From the IMG/VR virus record IMGVR_UViG_3300012201_000001, positions 1 to 60,657 of that record: DNA of 60,657 bases. One strand, 5' to 3'. Source of the DNA: a virus (Duplodnaviria; Caudoviricetes). Both the position numbers and the translations under genes were made by a program. Shown piece after piece: positions 45,879 through 55,841 of the stretch. Each line of letters starts with the position of its first letter. Within the stretch, counting starts at the first letter, position 1. The notes below the pieces were generated by a model that had not been told where the DNA came from, made no database searches, and saw only the letters and a list, made by a program, of their open reading frames with translations.

Positions 45879-47450
45879 CTACCTCTCGACCGGCGGAGCC
45901 TTGACCAGCTCCAGCGCGGTCAGCGCCTGCCGAGCCTTCGCCGCGCTCGCCCCTGCTCGTTCGCTCGTTCCGTTTCCGCCACCGGCACTCCCCGTGCTCG
46001 GCCGCGCGGTGACTCCGACGAACTCCGAGGTCAGCGAGCGCGACCGCAGCGCGGCGGTCGCGGACGTGTACGCGGGGAAGGTGACCGGGCCGAACTCGGC
46101 GACCCGGACCTCGAGGAGCGTGCGCTCGGGCAGCGCGCGCGGGTTGTGATCGGAAGGTTTGGGGTGGTCGACCCACTGGTCCGACTCCACGCTGAAGCGC
46201 CAGGAGGCGCCGTACTGGCCGTTGTCGAGCCCTTCCATGATCAGCTCCGGGATCCCCCGGAACAGCGGGGCCTCGTAGGCGGCGCCGGTCTTGCTCTCCT
46301 CCAGGGTCTCGATCACGCCCATCGGTTTGGAGCCCATCATCGCGTCGCGCCCGTGCTGGAACAGCAGCCGGATGTTGGCGCGGTCCTCCTCGAAGGTCCG
46401 CTTGAAGGCTCCCGGCGCGACCTGCTCCATGAAGTTGCCCTCGAACAGGTCGTTGATCTCGGCCCACTCGTTGAACTTCGCGAACTCCCCGTAGATGACC
46501 GGCTTGGCGGGCAGGCCCTCGCCCGCGTCCCGCTGCCTCAGCTCGACGTTCATCGAGCGGTAGCCGAACGTCGGGTGCTCGAGGGCGTGCTCGTGCCCCT
46601 GCGGGTCCGCGCTCTTGGATCCGCTCGCCGCCTGGACCGCCTTCATGTGGGCGTCGAGGTGCGCCTGCGCCGCGGCGCGGTTGGTCAGGCCCTGCGTCTG
46701 CGGCAGCCTGCTCAGCGCGTTGCGGACCCCGTCCGCGTTGGGCGGACCGCCCGGCGTGCGGTGGTGCGGGAGCGCGTACGACGCCCGGTTGCCAGCGTCT
46801 CCGGCCTTGCGTCCGGCGCAGATCGCGGAGTAGCACGGACCGGGGCTGGCCTTGGCCGAGCAGCTCGCCATCGCCTTGTCGCCGTCCCACGGCGCGGTGT
46901 CCACGGCGCGCTCCTCCAGATGCTCCTCCTCGCTGCGCGGGTCGCCGCAGTCGACGCAATCGTCCTCGCGCAGGACCTCGTCGATCAGCATCGTCGCCGA
47001 CGTCACCGTCCTCACCCCCGCCGCGCGGTCTCCGCGCGAGAACGCCGCCCCGGCCGCGGCCAGGACCTCGTCCAGCACCTGGCCCCGCTCGGACCCGCCG
47101 AGGCCGGCGGCGAAGCGGTCCGCCTCGCTCGCCAGCTCGTGGAGCTGGCCGACGAGCTTCGAGCGCCGCTGCTGGTGTCGGGAGCGCTCCGCGCCCTCGC
47201 CGTCGACCTGCGAGTTGGAGAGGTGGCGGGCAGCCTGGAGGAGCTGCTTGTAGCGGGCTCGCGATCTCTCGCGCTGCGCGTCGGTCACCATCGGCTCCGC
47301 TCCCTTCTCGTTGGCGTAGAGGGCCGCGAGCTGCTTGTTCGCGTCAGCCTTGGTGGCGTGACAACCCTCGACCTTGCCGTCCGATTGCTTGACGACGGCG
47401 TAAGGCTTGGAGGCGGGGCAGCCGTGGCCGAGCTCAACTTTCCACGGCAT
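45879..47450 (-). CDS. HK97-type prohead protease with long N-terminal extension
   Basis: 'EQVAPGAF', 'LLFQH', 'SWRF', 'EFGPVTFPAY'. Confidence 0.88.
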   Translation of the reverse strand: MPWKVELGHGCPASKPYAVVKQSDGKVEGCHATKADANKQLAALYANEKGAEPMVTDAQRERSRARYKQLLQAARHLSNSQVDGEGAERSRHQQRRSKLVGQLHELASEADRFAAGLGGSERGQVLDEVLAAAGAAFSRGDRAAGVRTVTSATMLIDEVLREDDCVDCGDPRSEEEHLEERAVDTAPWDGDKAMASCSAKASPGPCYSAICAGRKAGDAGNRASYALPHHRTPGGPPNADGVRNALSRLPQTQGLTNRAAAQAHLDAHMKAVQAASGSKSADPQGHEHALEHPTFGYRSMNVELRQRDAGEGLPAKPVIYGEFAKFNEWAEINDLFEGNFMEQVAPGAFKRTFEEDRANIRLLFQHGRDAMMGSKPMGVIETLEESKTGAAYEAPLFRGIPELIMEGLDNGQYGASWRFSVESDQWVDHPKPSDHNPRALPERTLLEVRVAEFGPVTFPAYTSATAALRSRSLTSEFVGVTARPSTGSAGGGNGTSERAGASAAKARQALTALELVKAPPVER

Positions 47451-47457
47451 GGTACAC

Positions 47458-47766
47458 CTAGAAGACCTCCAGGATGCCGACCTTGCGCACCGGCACCTCC
47501 GGCGAGTCGGTGATCTTGACCCACACGTCGTACGTGCCCGCGACCAGCGAGACCGCGCCGCCCGGACCGACCAGGCAGCGCGCCATCCAGGTCCCGAACT
47601 GGTCCTGCTCCCAGGACCCGACCTTGAAGTCGGGGCCCGCCGGGGCCACGCCGTGGGCCGGGAAGGCGAGCTGGACCGCGTCCAGGTGCGGGTCGTAGGG
47701 AGCTCCGTTGATGGTCACCGTGGTCGGCACCTTCACGTACTCCAGGGTCAGCGCCGACGCCCGCAT
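47458..47766 (-). CDS. Small beta-rich structural protein (BppU-like)
   Basis: 'AGTYDVWVKITDSPEVP'. Confidence 0.6.
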   Translation of the reverse strand: MRASALTLEYVKVPTTVTINGAPYDPHLDAVQLAFPAHGVAPAGPDFKVGSWEQDQFGTWMARCLVGPGGAVSLVAGTYDVWVKITDSPEVPVRKVGILEVF

Positions 47767-48992
47767 CAGACCGGCTCCTCCACGCGGGCGCGCTCCTCGA
47801 CCCAGCCGCTCCTCAAGTCGCCGAAGATGATGAACCATCGGCCGCTCGGCGTGTCCAGCAACCAGCCCGAGCGGGGATCTCCGCTGACCACGCTGATGTC
47901 CTTGACGGTCAGGATCGAGGCCGCCAGCAGCGGCCCGCGGTAGCGCCAGATCGGCCGCTGCCGGTTGGCCGGCCCCGGTCGGACCAGTGAGGCGAAGAAG
48001 CCGGGCTGCGCCACGACCGGGGTCACGTCCAGCATCGACCCGCTGTCCACGCCCACCCCCGCCTCGCCGATGCCGGTGAGCAGGATGTTCAGTGCCGCGT
48101 CCAGGCCGCCGCCTGCGTCGCCCGCCCCGGCCAGGGTCACGGACGTCACGCCCTCGCTGCCCGCGCCCGCGTCGGCGGCCGTGCTCAGCGCGACGCCCGA
48201 GATCGCGTCGGCCGCGCCTGACGCCTCCCCCACCTCGCCGGCCGATCCGAGCAGGACGTTGGCGGCCGCCTCCGTGGCCGTCGCGCCGTCCGACGCGGAC
48301 ACCGCCACGGGAACCCCCGGAGGGGCTGCCGCCAGGAGGGGGCCGTCGTACCTCCAGTACGGGCGCTGGCGATGAGCCGGACCAGGGATCTCGTCGCCGT
48401 AGTCGCCCTGCTTCCAGCCTTCGGAGCCGAAGAAGCCCGGCTGCGGGAGCGAGAAGACCGTCGCGCCGTCCGTCGCCACTGCCGCCTCGTCGGCCCCGCC
48501 GACGCTGATGTTCGGGCTCGCGTCCGCGCCAGCCCCCGCGTCGCTCGGCGTCGCGAGCAGGATGTTGGTCGCGCTCTCGGTCCCGGTCCCCGTTTCCGTC
48601 GCGGTGGACGCGAGCAGGACGTTGGTGGCCGCGTCCGCGTCCGCGCCCGTCTCCGTCGCCAGGTTGTCGAGCAGGATCGCGCTCGCGTCTTCCGCCGCCG
48701 CCGCCAGGTCGGCGGCGGAGATCAGCCCCGAACCGAGACTGCCCGCGCCGGGGCTGAGGAGCGCCCCCCGATGCCAGAGGTAGGGCCGGTAGTAGTAGCG
48801 CGGACCCGGCAGGTCCTCGAACTGCGAAGCGAAGTACCCCGGCTGGGCCAGCACCACCACGCTCGCGGCGTCGGTCGCGGTCGCGGCGTCGGCCCCGCTG
48901 ATCGCGTTCAGCGTCGGCGGGGCATCAGAGACGAGCGGTTGCCGGTAACGCCAGATCGGCAGCCGGGTGATCGGCCCGGTCGTGTTAGCCAT
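47766..48992 (-). CDS. Repeat-rich putative virion protein
   Basis: Ala/Asp/Thr low-complexity repeats separated by QPG(F/Y)F...PGP...RP..W motifs. Confidence 0.65.
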   Translation of the reverse strand: MANTTGPITRLPIWRYRQPLVSDAPPTLNAISGADAATATDAASVVVLAQPGYFASQFEDLPGPRYYYRPYLWHRGALLSPGAGSLGSGLISAADLAAAAEDASAILLDNLATETGADADAATNVLLASTATETGTGTESATNILLATPSDAGAGADASPNISVGGADEAAVATDGATVFSLPQPGFFGSEGWKQGDYGDEIPGPAHRQRPYWRYDGPLLAAAPPGVPVAVSASDGATATEAAANVLLGSAGEVGEASGAADAISGVALSTAADAGAGSEGVTSVTLAGAGDAGGGLDAALNILLTGIGEAGVGVDSGSMLDVTPVVAQPGFFASLVRPGPANRQRPIWRYRGPLLAASILTVKDISVVSGDPRSGWLLDTPSGRWFIIFGDLRSGWVEERARVEEPV

Positions 48993-50295
48993 TCAGCCCG
49001 CCGAGCCCGATCCCGGCCGACGGGAACTTGCCCGAGATGTCGGTGGCTGCCGGGGCGGTGTCGGGCGCGAACGCCAGCAGCCCGTTGTTCAGCTCGCCAG
49101 CCCCGGCCCCGCTCGTCACCAGCCCCTTCAGCAGCTTGATGTAAGCCACCTGCGCCGACACGTCGACCGCGGACACGAAGTCCACGTCCCTGGTCAGCGG
49201 AACGGATGCCAGCGTCACCGCCGGCGGCTGGGCCGACGTGTAGCTGGTCAGCTTGTAGGCGCAGAGCCAGCGCTTGGTCACGTTGCCGCTGATCGTGTGC
49301 GTGAGCTGGGCTTGGTTGGACACGTTCACCGCCATCACGTAGCAAGCCTCGTCGGGGTCCATGAACGGGCTCGCTGCCGTGCCCACGCTGACGATGGTGC
49401 CCGCGTCAGCCGTCAGGTAGTCGGCGGCCAGGCTGGTCGCCTCGGCGTTGGTCAGCGCGCGCCGGAAGGCCATGAACTGGTACCAGGTCCGGGTCGCGGG
49501 AGCCGTGGCCCCCGCGTTGTCGCCCGTGTAGTAGATCTTCAGCCGGTTGGCGTTCGAGGCCGTCAGGACCTGGACGTTGGACGAGCCCGAGAAGGCGTTC
49601 ACGCTTTGCCGCTTCACGCTCACCACGCCCGTGCTCACGCCCGAGCCCGCGTGCGGCTTGATGAACATGTAGTCCGGTTCGATCACGGTCGGGCCGCCCG
49701 GGATCGGCGTCGTCTGCGCGCCACCGACGAATCCGTAGCCGCTGTCCGCGAGCTGCCAGGCGATGACCCCGTTCTGGAGCACCTGCGTCAGCCCGGACAG
49801 GGTTGTGAACTCGTAGGAGTCGGTGGCCGCGGTCGTGACCGAACCGGAGTTCACCATGTCGAAGCGAACCACCGTGATCATCGGCTCACCGGGCAGGATC
49901 ACCGTCCGCGCCCGCCAGGTGAACCCGTTGGCGTCCTGCGCGCTGGTCCCGCTGTCGTAGTAGGCCCGCACCGCCCGCACCGCCGCGCTCGAGAGCTCGC
50001 TCAGCGTGTAGGTCGGGTCCTCGGACGCCAGCCAGACCGAGCCCACGTGCGAGTAGATGTGCATGATGCTGTCGGCCTTGCTGGTGGCGAGGCTGATTTG
50101 CGAGATCGACTGCGCGCTGGCGTCCATCTCGTACCAGGGCACCCCGCCCATGCCCCCGTAGGCGGGCACGAAGCCCCGCCGCACCCCGTCCCCGTTGCTG
50201 TTGGTGTAGGTGGTGTCGGTCTCGGTCGTGTTGTTGCCCGGAGGCCCGCCCGAGATCCCGGTCTGCGTCTGCGTGCTCTTGACAAGCCCGCTCAT
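48985..50295 (-). CDS. Putative virion structural protein
   Basis: 436 aa, Thr/Ser/Gly/aromatic beta-rich. Confidence 0.65.
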   Translation of the reverse strand: MSGLVKSTQTQTGISGGPPGNNTTETDTTYTNSNGDGVRRGFVPAYGGMGGVPWYEMDASAQSISQISLATSKADSIMHIYSHVGSVWLASEDPTYTLSELSSAAVRAVRAYYDSGTSAQDANGFTWRARTVILPGEPMITVVRFDMVNSGSVTTAATDSYEFTTLSGLTQVLQNGVIAWQLADSGYGFVGGAQTTPIPGGPTVIEPDYMFIKPHAGSGVSTGVVSVKRQSVNAFSGSSNVQVLTASNANRLKIYYTGDNAGATAPATRTWYQFMAFRRALTNAEATSLAADYLTADAGTIVSVGTAASPFMDPDEACYVMAVNVSNQAQLTHTISGNVTKRWLCAYKLTSYTSAQPPAVTLASVPLTRDVDFVSAVDVSAQVAYIKLLKGLVTSGAGAGELNNGLLAFAPDTAPAATDISGKFPSAGIGLGGLNG

Positions 50296-50296
50296 C

Positions 50297-51037
50297 TCAG
50301 CGCGGCCCTGGCTTGCCGACCGACGCGAAGAAGCCAGGGGCCGGCGGCGCCTGCTGGAACGTCAGCAGCCACGACTCGCTGCTCTCGCTGATCGTGCTCG
50401 TCAGCACCCCGCGCGGGCTGGCCTGCGTCCCGGCCAGGATCTGGTGCTGGCCGCTGGCGTGCGCGTTGACCGTGCTGTTGATGCCGTCGTACTGCGTGCC
50501 CACCGTCCAGCCCGTGGTCGGGACCGAGTTGGTGGTGTCCGTCGAGAGCGTGCCCGCCGCGCTCCGCTGCACGCCCACCAGCTCGAGGAGCAGGTCGCCC
50601 GCCTGCGTGGTCCCCGAGGCGGCGGTGCTGTCCAGGCTCGTGCTCGCCGAGGCGCCGGTGGCGTTGTTGACCACCGTCAGGTCGAGCGGTCCCGCGCCCG
50701 CGACGCCGCTGAACTCGTAGATCGTGTAGGCCCAGCCCAGCGCCGCCCCGCCGCCGCCGATGGTGATGTTCCAGGTCCAGGACTGGGAGCCGCCCGGGTT
50801 GCTCGCCATGTAGTACGCCCGCGAGCCGCCGTTGGGCGCGCCGTTGTTCTTGGTCGCCAGCGGCGCCGTCCAGCCGGTCGGGACGTCGATGGTGGTCGAG
50901 GCCCCGGCCCCGCTGTAGGAGGAACTCGCCAGCGCGACCAGCAGGCTCCCCGCCGTGAAGCTGACCGCGGTCGATGTGAACGATGTCTGCCCGTCGACCG
51001 TCGAAGCACCGCCGACCTGCTGTACGAAGAGGATCAT
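50297..51037 (-). CDS. Putative virion decoration protein
   Basis: 'TAGSLLVA...PTGWT...EFSGV...AGDLLL'; the ORF is open upstream to 51397, so the start is uncertain. Confidence 0.65.
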   Translation of the reverse strand: MILFVQQVGGASTVDGQTSFTSTAVSFTAGSLLVALASSSYSGAGASTTIDVPTGWTAPLATKNNGAPNGGSRAYYMASNPGGSQSWTWNITIGGGGAALGWAYTIYEFSGVAGAGPLDLTVVNNATGASASTSLDSTAASGTTQAGDLLLELVGVQRSAAGTLSTDTTNSVPTTGWTVGTQYDGINSTVNAHASGQHQILAGTQASPRGVLTSTISESSESWLLTFQQAPPAPGFFASVGKPGPR

Positions 51038-51397
51038 CGCCGCGCCTGTGATGGCCAGGGCCAGGCTCCAGCCGTGTCGTCGATAGGCGGCGCGGCGGCG
51101 CGGGTTGGTCGCCCACTCGTACCAGCGCCCACCGATGCGAGTCACCATCTCTAATCGGCGCTTGCGTTTCTTCTGGCTCTTGCGCGGGCGCAGCTCTCGG
51201 TGCTTGAGCGCGTTCTCGGCCAGGTGCTCGAGCTCGCCGACGCGAAGTTGCGCGTCAGCCCAGCGCACCAGCTCGGCCCAACTAAGGCGGCTCAGCTCCT
51301 CGACGAGCCGGTTCAGCCTCGGGTCTGCGTTGCGGCCAATCTCCTTGCCTTTGACGCCGCCGCGACCGGCGAGCCACGCCAGCAGGCCCCCAAGCAT

Positions 51398-51754
51398 CTA
51401 GTCATCGACCTCGATCCACTGCTGCAGCGTCAGCGAGGCTCCAGCTCCCACGTTGGACGTGACTCGATACATCCCGCCGGGATCGACCGGGAAGACGAAG
51501 ACCTGACGCGCCGTCAGCAGGACGCCAGCGGCCAAGCCAGCAACCGACTCCGAGAGAAACGTGGCGCCGCCGAGTACAGTGCGATAACCCGCCATCGCCT
51601 GCCCGCCCGCGGCCGCAGCGCAGACGACGGAGACGATGACTAGGCGTCGAAAAGGGCCGTTGATGTAGTCGGTATCGAGCGCGCGGTTGATCGTCTGATC
51701 GGTCGCCGAGTAGCTGCTCCGGCGGTCGCTGATGTTGCCAAGAGGTACAGCCAC
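51398..51754 (-). CDS. Putative structural protein
   Basis: 'RALDTDYIN...VDPGGMYRV...WIE', fibre-tip-like. Confidence 0.6.
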   Translation of the reverse strand: MAVPLGNISDRRSSYSATDQTINRALDTDYINGPFRRLVIVSVVCAAAAGGQAMAGYRTVLGGATFLSESVAGLAAGVLLTARQVFVFPVDPGGMYRVTSNVGAGASLTLQQWIEVDD

Positions 51755-51755
51755 A

Positions 51756-52487
51756 CTAATTCATTGCCACAACCCAAACGTCACGCAGGGTGATCGAGCC
51801 TGTCGCTACCGTGGGAGTGACCGTGAGCGTCAGCGTCTTGGCCACGGTGCCGTCGAGTGAGGCCACGTTGGCCACCGCCGTGCCCCCACCTGGCATCCAC
51901 TTGGCCTTATCTGAGGCCAGCGATGCGTCGCTGTTCGCCAGGCCCACAACGCCATGCGCGAGCAACGTCAGAGACGTCGCTAATGGACCGGTGGCCAGTG
52001 CCTTGAGCCAGAGGTCGATCGTGAACAGGTTGTCAGTCACTGCCACCGGATCGGGGATGATCGCACCGCTGGCGACGATCAGGGTGTCGCCGACGACGCC
52101 AGTGCCGTATCGGAGCCGGAAGGTGAGGGTGCCTGGCGTGGTGACGACGTTGGACTCCTTGCCCATGCCGTGCAACCAGAGACACTTGCCGGGGAAGCTG
52201 AAGAAGTTGGCGGGCAGGGTGAGGATTGTCGCCTGCGACAGGATTGTCTCTGCTGCCGCTGTGACCGCCACCGCGTCGTTGACCGCCCACGGCTGCATCA
52301 TCTCGAACATCGCATAGGCGCCGCCCTCGATCGCAGGCAGGATGCCGTTGCGTTTCATCCAGCGCGCACGTTTCTCAGCTGGCCAGGCCCGAATGTGTTC
52401 AGGCAGCAGGATGCGGTTGGCGTCGAGATCGTAGCCCGCGATGAGGCGCGGCCCACTGCCGCCGATCGGGAACATCTTAGGGTCCAT
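51756..52487 (-). CDS. Putative structural protein
   Basis: Beta-rich, 'SNVVTTPGTLTF'. Confidence 0.6.
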   Translation of the reverse strand: MDPKMFPIGGSGPRLIAGYDLDANRILLPEHIRAWPAEKRARWMKRNGILPAIEGGAYAMFEMMQPWAVNDAVAVTAAAETILSQATILTLPANFFSFPGKCLWLHGMGKESNVVTTPGTLTFRLRYGTGVVGDTLIVASGAIIPDPVAVTDNLFTIDLWLKALATGPLATSLTLLAHGVVGLANSDASLASDKAKWMPGGGTAVANVASLDGTVAKTLTLTVTPTVATGSITLRDVWVVAMN

Positions 52488-52914
52488 CGCTGCCTCCTAA
52501 AACGCGGGGGATTATGTCGTGAGATCCGCAATTCGCGCAGACAAGCTCAATACCTTTGCCATGGCTACCCAGGCGTACCTGTAGATTCTCAGGGCGGTTG
52601 TCCATCTTGTTTCCGTTGAGATGATGGACCGTTTCTTCCGCAAGCAGCCGCCGGCCCAGGACTTGCTCCACAACCCAGCGATGCTCTAAAACACGACCCA
52701 TCCGATCTGCACCGGGAGTGCCCTTGGCAACCATGATTCGGATATAGCCGCCAGAGGTTTTAGTCCGATTCCCGATTGCATGCAATGTACGAGCAAGGGC
52801 CCGCTTTTGGATTGCCTCGGCTGTATGTGGACCGTGCCAGCCTCTGCCTGTGCCTCGATAGAGCCCTCGCTTCATACGAGATTGACGCATTCTTTCCGCA
52901 CCTGTCATTCCCAT
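52477..52914 (-). CDS. HNH endonuclease
   Basis: 'GYI...VLEHRWVVEQVLGRRL...VHHLNGNKMDNRPENL'; lower GC. Confidence 0.88.
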   Translation of the reverse strand: MGMTGAERMRQSRMKRGLYRGTGRGWHGPHTAEAIQKRALARTLHAIGNRTKTSGGYIRIMVAKGTPGADRMGRVLEHRWVVEQVLGRRLLAEETVHHLNGNKMDNRPENLQVRLGSHGKGIELVCANCGSHDIIPRVLGGSDGP

Positions 52915-53507
52915 CAACTCTGGGTCAGGGTTGAGGTAAGTTGCCAACTCGCCGCCGATGTTTTTGTTCCTAAGTTCACGACTGAACGGTTCAGCATGGT
53001 GCCTGAACCGTCGGCGACTGCGTTGAAGATCGCCCATTCGTTCCACTGAAAGTTCGCGTCGCCCGTCGCGAACGTGGACCGGAAGGTGACCACGTTGGCC
53101 GCCCGCGAGGGGAAGGTGGCGTCCATCGCCTTGCGGATGCGGTCGGTCACGTTGACCGCGCCCTGGAGGTTGGTTTGCCCGAGGGCGAACGCGGCCGACG
53201 AATCGCCCACCCCCAGCGCGGCGTTGGCGTTGTTGTAAGCGGTGATGCCTGCCCCGATCAGCCCGTCGAGCATGATCGCCGTGCCGCCGTTGACCAGGGT
53301 GTTGAAGCCCAGCTTTTCGAGGAGCGGTTGGATGCCGAAGCGGGCAAGGATCAGCCGCCCGCGTCGCTCGAGCTCCAGGCCCTTGATCCCCTTCGCGATC
53401 AGGTCCTCCTCGACCGCGAACTTTCGCTCCAGGTCCTCCGGCCGCCAGGCGGTGGCGACCGCGCGCCCGAACAGCCGACCCGGCGCCATCGTAGCGGCGG
53501 CGCTCAC
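52914..53507 (-). CDS. Putative structural protein
   Basis: 'NTLVNGG...LGVGDSS...RKAMDATFP...ANFQWNEW...LGTKTS'. Confidence 0.7.
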   Translation of the reverse strand: MSAAATMAPGRLFGRAVATAWRPEDLERKFAVEEDLIAKGIKGLELERRGRLILARFGIQPLLEKLGFNTLVNGGTAIMLDGLIGAGITAYNNANAALGVGDSSAAFALGQTNLQGAVNVTDRIRKAMDATFPSRAANVVTFRSTFATGDANFQWNEWAIFNAVADGSGTMLNRSVVNLGTKTSAASWQLTSTLTQS

Positions 53508-53836
53508 GGCTGCTCTCCGATCATCCTGTCCACGATGGCCGACTCGGAGATGCTCCCAGCGTCCTTGGCCCCGAACAGGGTGCCCTCCAGCGGCCGGAAG
53601 GCGACCAGGCCCTCGCCCTCCAGCTCCTGCGCCGTGAAGATCGCCTCGTCGCCGTCATCGAAGCGGACCTCGTAGGCGTGCTCGAAATGCTCGCCGGGGA
53701 GGGCGGTCCCGGTCACCGCCGCCAGGCGACCGAGGGGGGCTCGCTCGATCGTTCCCTCCCGGCCTGCGAAGCGCGCGCGCCCATCGGTGAGCTCCCCCAC
53801 CTCCGGCCGCACTTTGACCTTCACCGCGCGCAGCAT
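53504..53836 (-). CDS. Hypothetical protein
   Basis: 110 aa, SH3-like pattern. Confidence 0.55.
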   Translation of the reverse strand: MLRAVKVKVRPEVGELTDGRARFAGREGTIERAPLGRLAAVTGTALPGEHFEHAYEVRFDDGDEAIFTAQELEGEGLVAFRPLEGTLFGAKDAGSISESAIVDRMIGEQP

Positions 53837-53861
53837 ATCGCACGCTCCCTCCGCGCGACGC

Positions 53862-55397
53862 TCATTGCTCGCCGATCCGCGGGCGCGGCGGGACCTTGCT
53901 CTTGGCCGCGGGCTTGCCGCCCGCGGGCGCCGGCGAGGGCGGCTTCTGGCCGTTCCCCGGCGACGGGGCGGGCAGCACGGGCTGGCCTCCGCCTCCGCTC
54001 GTCGGGAACAGCGTCCCCGGCGGCTGGAGCTGGACCGAGACCAGGCCCGTGTGCTGGCCCTTGAGCAGCGCCATGTTGCGGCCCACCACCGCGATCACCG
54101 CCGCGTCCGGCTTGTAGCCGTCCTTGATCAGGTTGCCGATCGTCACCGCGTCGACCGAGGCGATCTCCGCCAGGTCCTTCTCGTCCTCGCGCAGGATCGG
54201 CATGTCCGTGCCGTCGAACCACAGCTCGCTGTCGCCCGGGACCGCGGCCGCCTTGGCGAGCGCGCTGCACAGGTCCTGCATGGTCGGGTAGACCCAGGTG
54301 TCGCTGAAGTTGCGCCGCGCCGGCCCCCAGTTGCCCGCGTTCAGCGCCGAGCCCTGCATCCCCTCCGAGATCTGGAGCACGCTCGCCGGGACCCGGCTCA
54401 GCATCGCGATCCGGGTCTCGCCCTTGCCTTGGACCTCCGTGAACTCCATCTGCCGCAGGTTCGAGCCCACCACCGTCGCGTCCGCGCCCTCCGAGAGGTA
54501 GATGGTCCGGTAGGCGTTGGCCAGGCCCTCGTGCTTGGCCTTGATCCGCTCCACCGCCTGGTTGAAGAGCTCGACGTTGACGGGCAGGCCCTTGACCACC
54601 ATGTTCGGCGTGCCGCCGTTCTCGAAGAACTTCAGCTTGTGCTCGGTCGCCAGTCGGTCGCCCACCATGTCGCGCAGGCCGGGCGTCATCCAGCTCATCC
54701 CGATCCCCGGCGACTCCGGGTCCGGGAGCGGGCTCCAGTGGATGATCTCGTCGGGCATGAAGGTGACCGGCGCGTGCTGCGACTGGAAGCCGCCGACCTG
54801 GTAGGCGTAGCCGAGCAGCTCGCCGTCGATGGCGTGCCGCGGGTCCTCCGGCTCCAGGTCACTCCCGTAGAGGATCCCCGTCCAGTCCGGGCGCAGCGGC
54901 CACAGCCGTCCGCGGATCCCGTCGGGGCGCGGGAAGTCGGGCTGGATGGCGACGTAGGCGTTGCCCGCCAGCCCCGCGTGCCACTCCATCTTGGAGACCA
55001 GCTCCCCGGTCGTCCCGTTCGGCCACGGGTGCTCCAGGAGCTGGAGGCTCTGGTCGGTCCAGATCCTGCGCGGCGAGATCTTGTGCCAGGGCACGTTGCG
55101 GTAGGCGAAACGCATCCCGCTCAGCGTCAGCGCCCGCACCATCTGGGCAGCGAAGGCGGGCGGGCAGGACCTCAGCGCGCTCAGGTAGCCGGGGAGCGTG
55201 GTCGCCACCTCCCGCGCCCGGGCGCCGAGCAGCGTCTGCTGCGGACCCAGGCCCGAGACCTGGTAGGTCCGGTTGTTGAAGATGAACTGCGTCGCCAGCG
55301 GGATGATGTAGTTCTGGATGTACCAGTCGACCGAGTTGCCCTGGCGGGCGAGCGCGGTCTCCCGCCTCTCGGCGACCCGCGAGATCAGGTCAGCCAC
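53862..55397 (-). CDS. Portal protein (HK97 family)
   Basis: 'GNAYV', 'LWPLRPD', 'EIIH', 'FFENGGTP'; synteny with terL. Confidence 0.9.
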   Translation of the reverse strand: MADLISRVAERRETALARQGNSVDWYIQNYIIPLATQFIFNNRTYQVSGLGPQQTLLGARAREVATTLPGYLSALRSCPPAFAAQMVRALTLSGMRFAYRNVPWHKISPRRIWTDQSLQLLEHPWPNGTTGELVSKMEWHAGLAGNAYVAIQPDFPRPDGIRGRLWPLRPDWTGILYGSDLEPEDPRHAIDGELLGYAYQVGGFQSQHAPVTFMPDEIIHWSPLPDPESPGIGMSWMTPGLRDMVGDRLATEHKLKFFENGGTPNMVVKGLPVNVELFNQAVERIKAKHEGLANAYRTIYLSEGADATVVGSNLRQMEFTEVQGKGETRIAMLSRVPASVLQISEGMQGSALNAGNWGPARRNFSDTWVYPTMQDLCSALAKAAAVPGDSELWFDGTDMPILREDEKDLAEIASVDAVTIGNLIKDGYKPDAAVIAVVGRNMALLKGQHTGLVSVQLQPPGTLFPTSGGGGQPVLPAPSPGNGQKPPSPAPAGGKPAAKSKVPPRPRIGEQ

Positions 55398-55541
55398 GGC
55401 GCGGTCCCTTGCTCACCCGCGAGCCCTGCGCCGTCAGCTTGATCTTGCTCGAGCTCTTCGGCGCTCGCCGTCCCTTGACCACCTGCGGCTGCGGCGTGTC
55501 CGGCTTGAACATGTCCCCGAACGAGCTCAGCGTCAGCGGCA

Positions 55542-55841
55542 TCAGCGGAACTCCCCCTCGGTGACGAACGAGAAGCCCGCGCCCTCGGCCTCGGCCTGGT
55601 CGCCGTTGTTGCTGACGTAGAGGCAGAGGTCGGCCGGGAACAGCGCCTTGGCCGCGCGCAGGCAGTCGCCGCGCGTCGCACCGTCGAGCACGACCGGGAA
55701 CCCCTGCGGTTTGGCGCTGGAGGGCGACACGATGACCACGTCAGCACCCGCGTCGCGCAGCCGCTCTAGCAGGCTCACGGCGACCGGCCCCGCCGAGGTC
55801 TCGATCGTCCCGTCCACGTCGAGGCAGATCAGCACCCTCAC
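55542..55841 (-). CDS. Small HAD-like protein
   Basis: 'ICLDVDGT' DxD motif. Confidence 0.6.
   Translation of the reverse strand: MRVLICLDVDGTIETSAGPVAVSLLERLRDAGADVVIVSPSSAKPQGFPVVLDGATRGDCLRAAKALFPADLCLYVSNNGDQAEAEGAGFSFVTEGEFR

Noticed and set aside
45393-47513. Long plus-strand ORFs (706 aa here; also 28672-30438, 31739-33418, 53787-55442, 23413-24972)
   Set aside because: These are antisense shadows of well-supported minus-strand genes, expected at this GC content.
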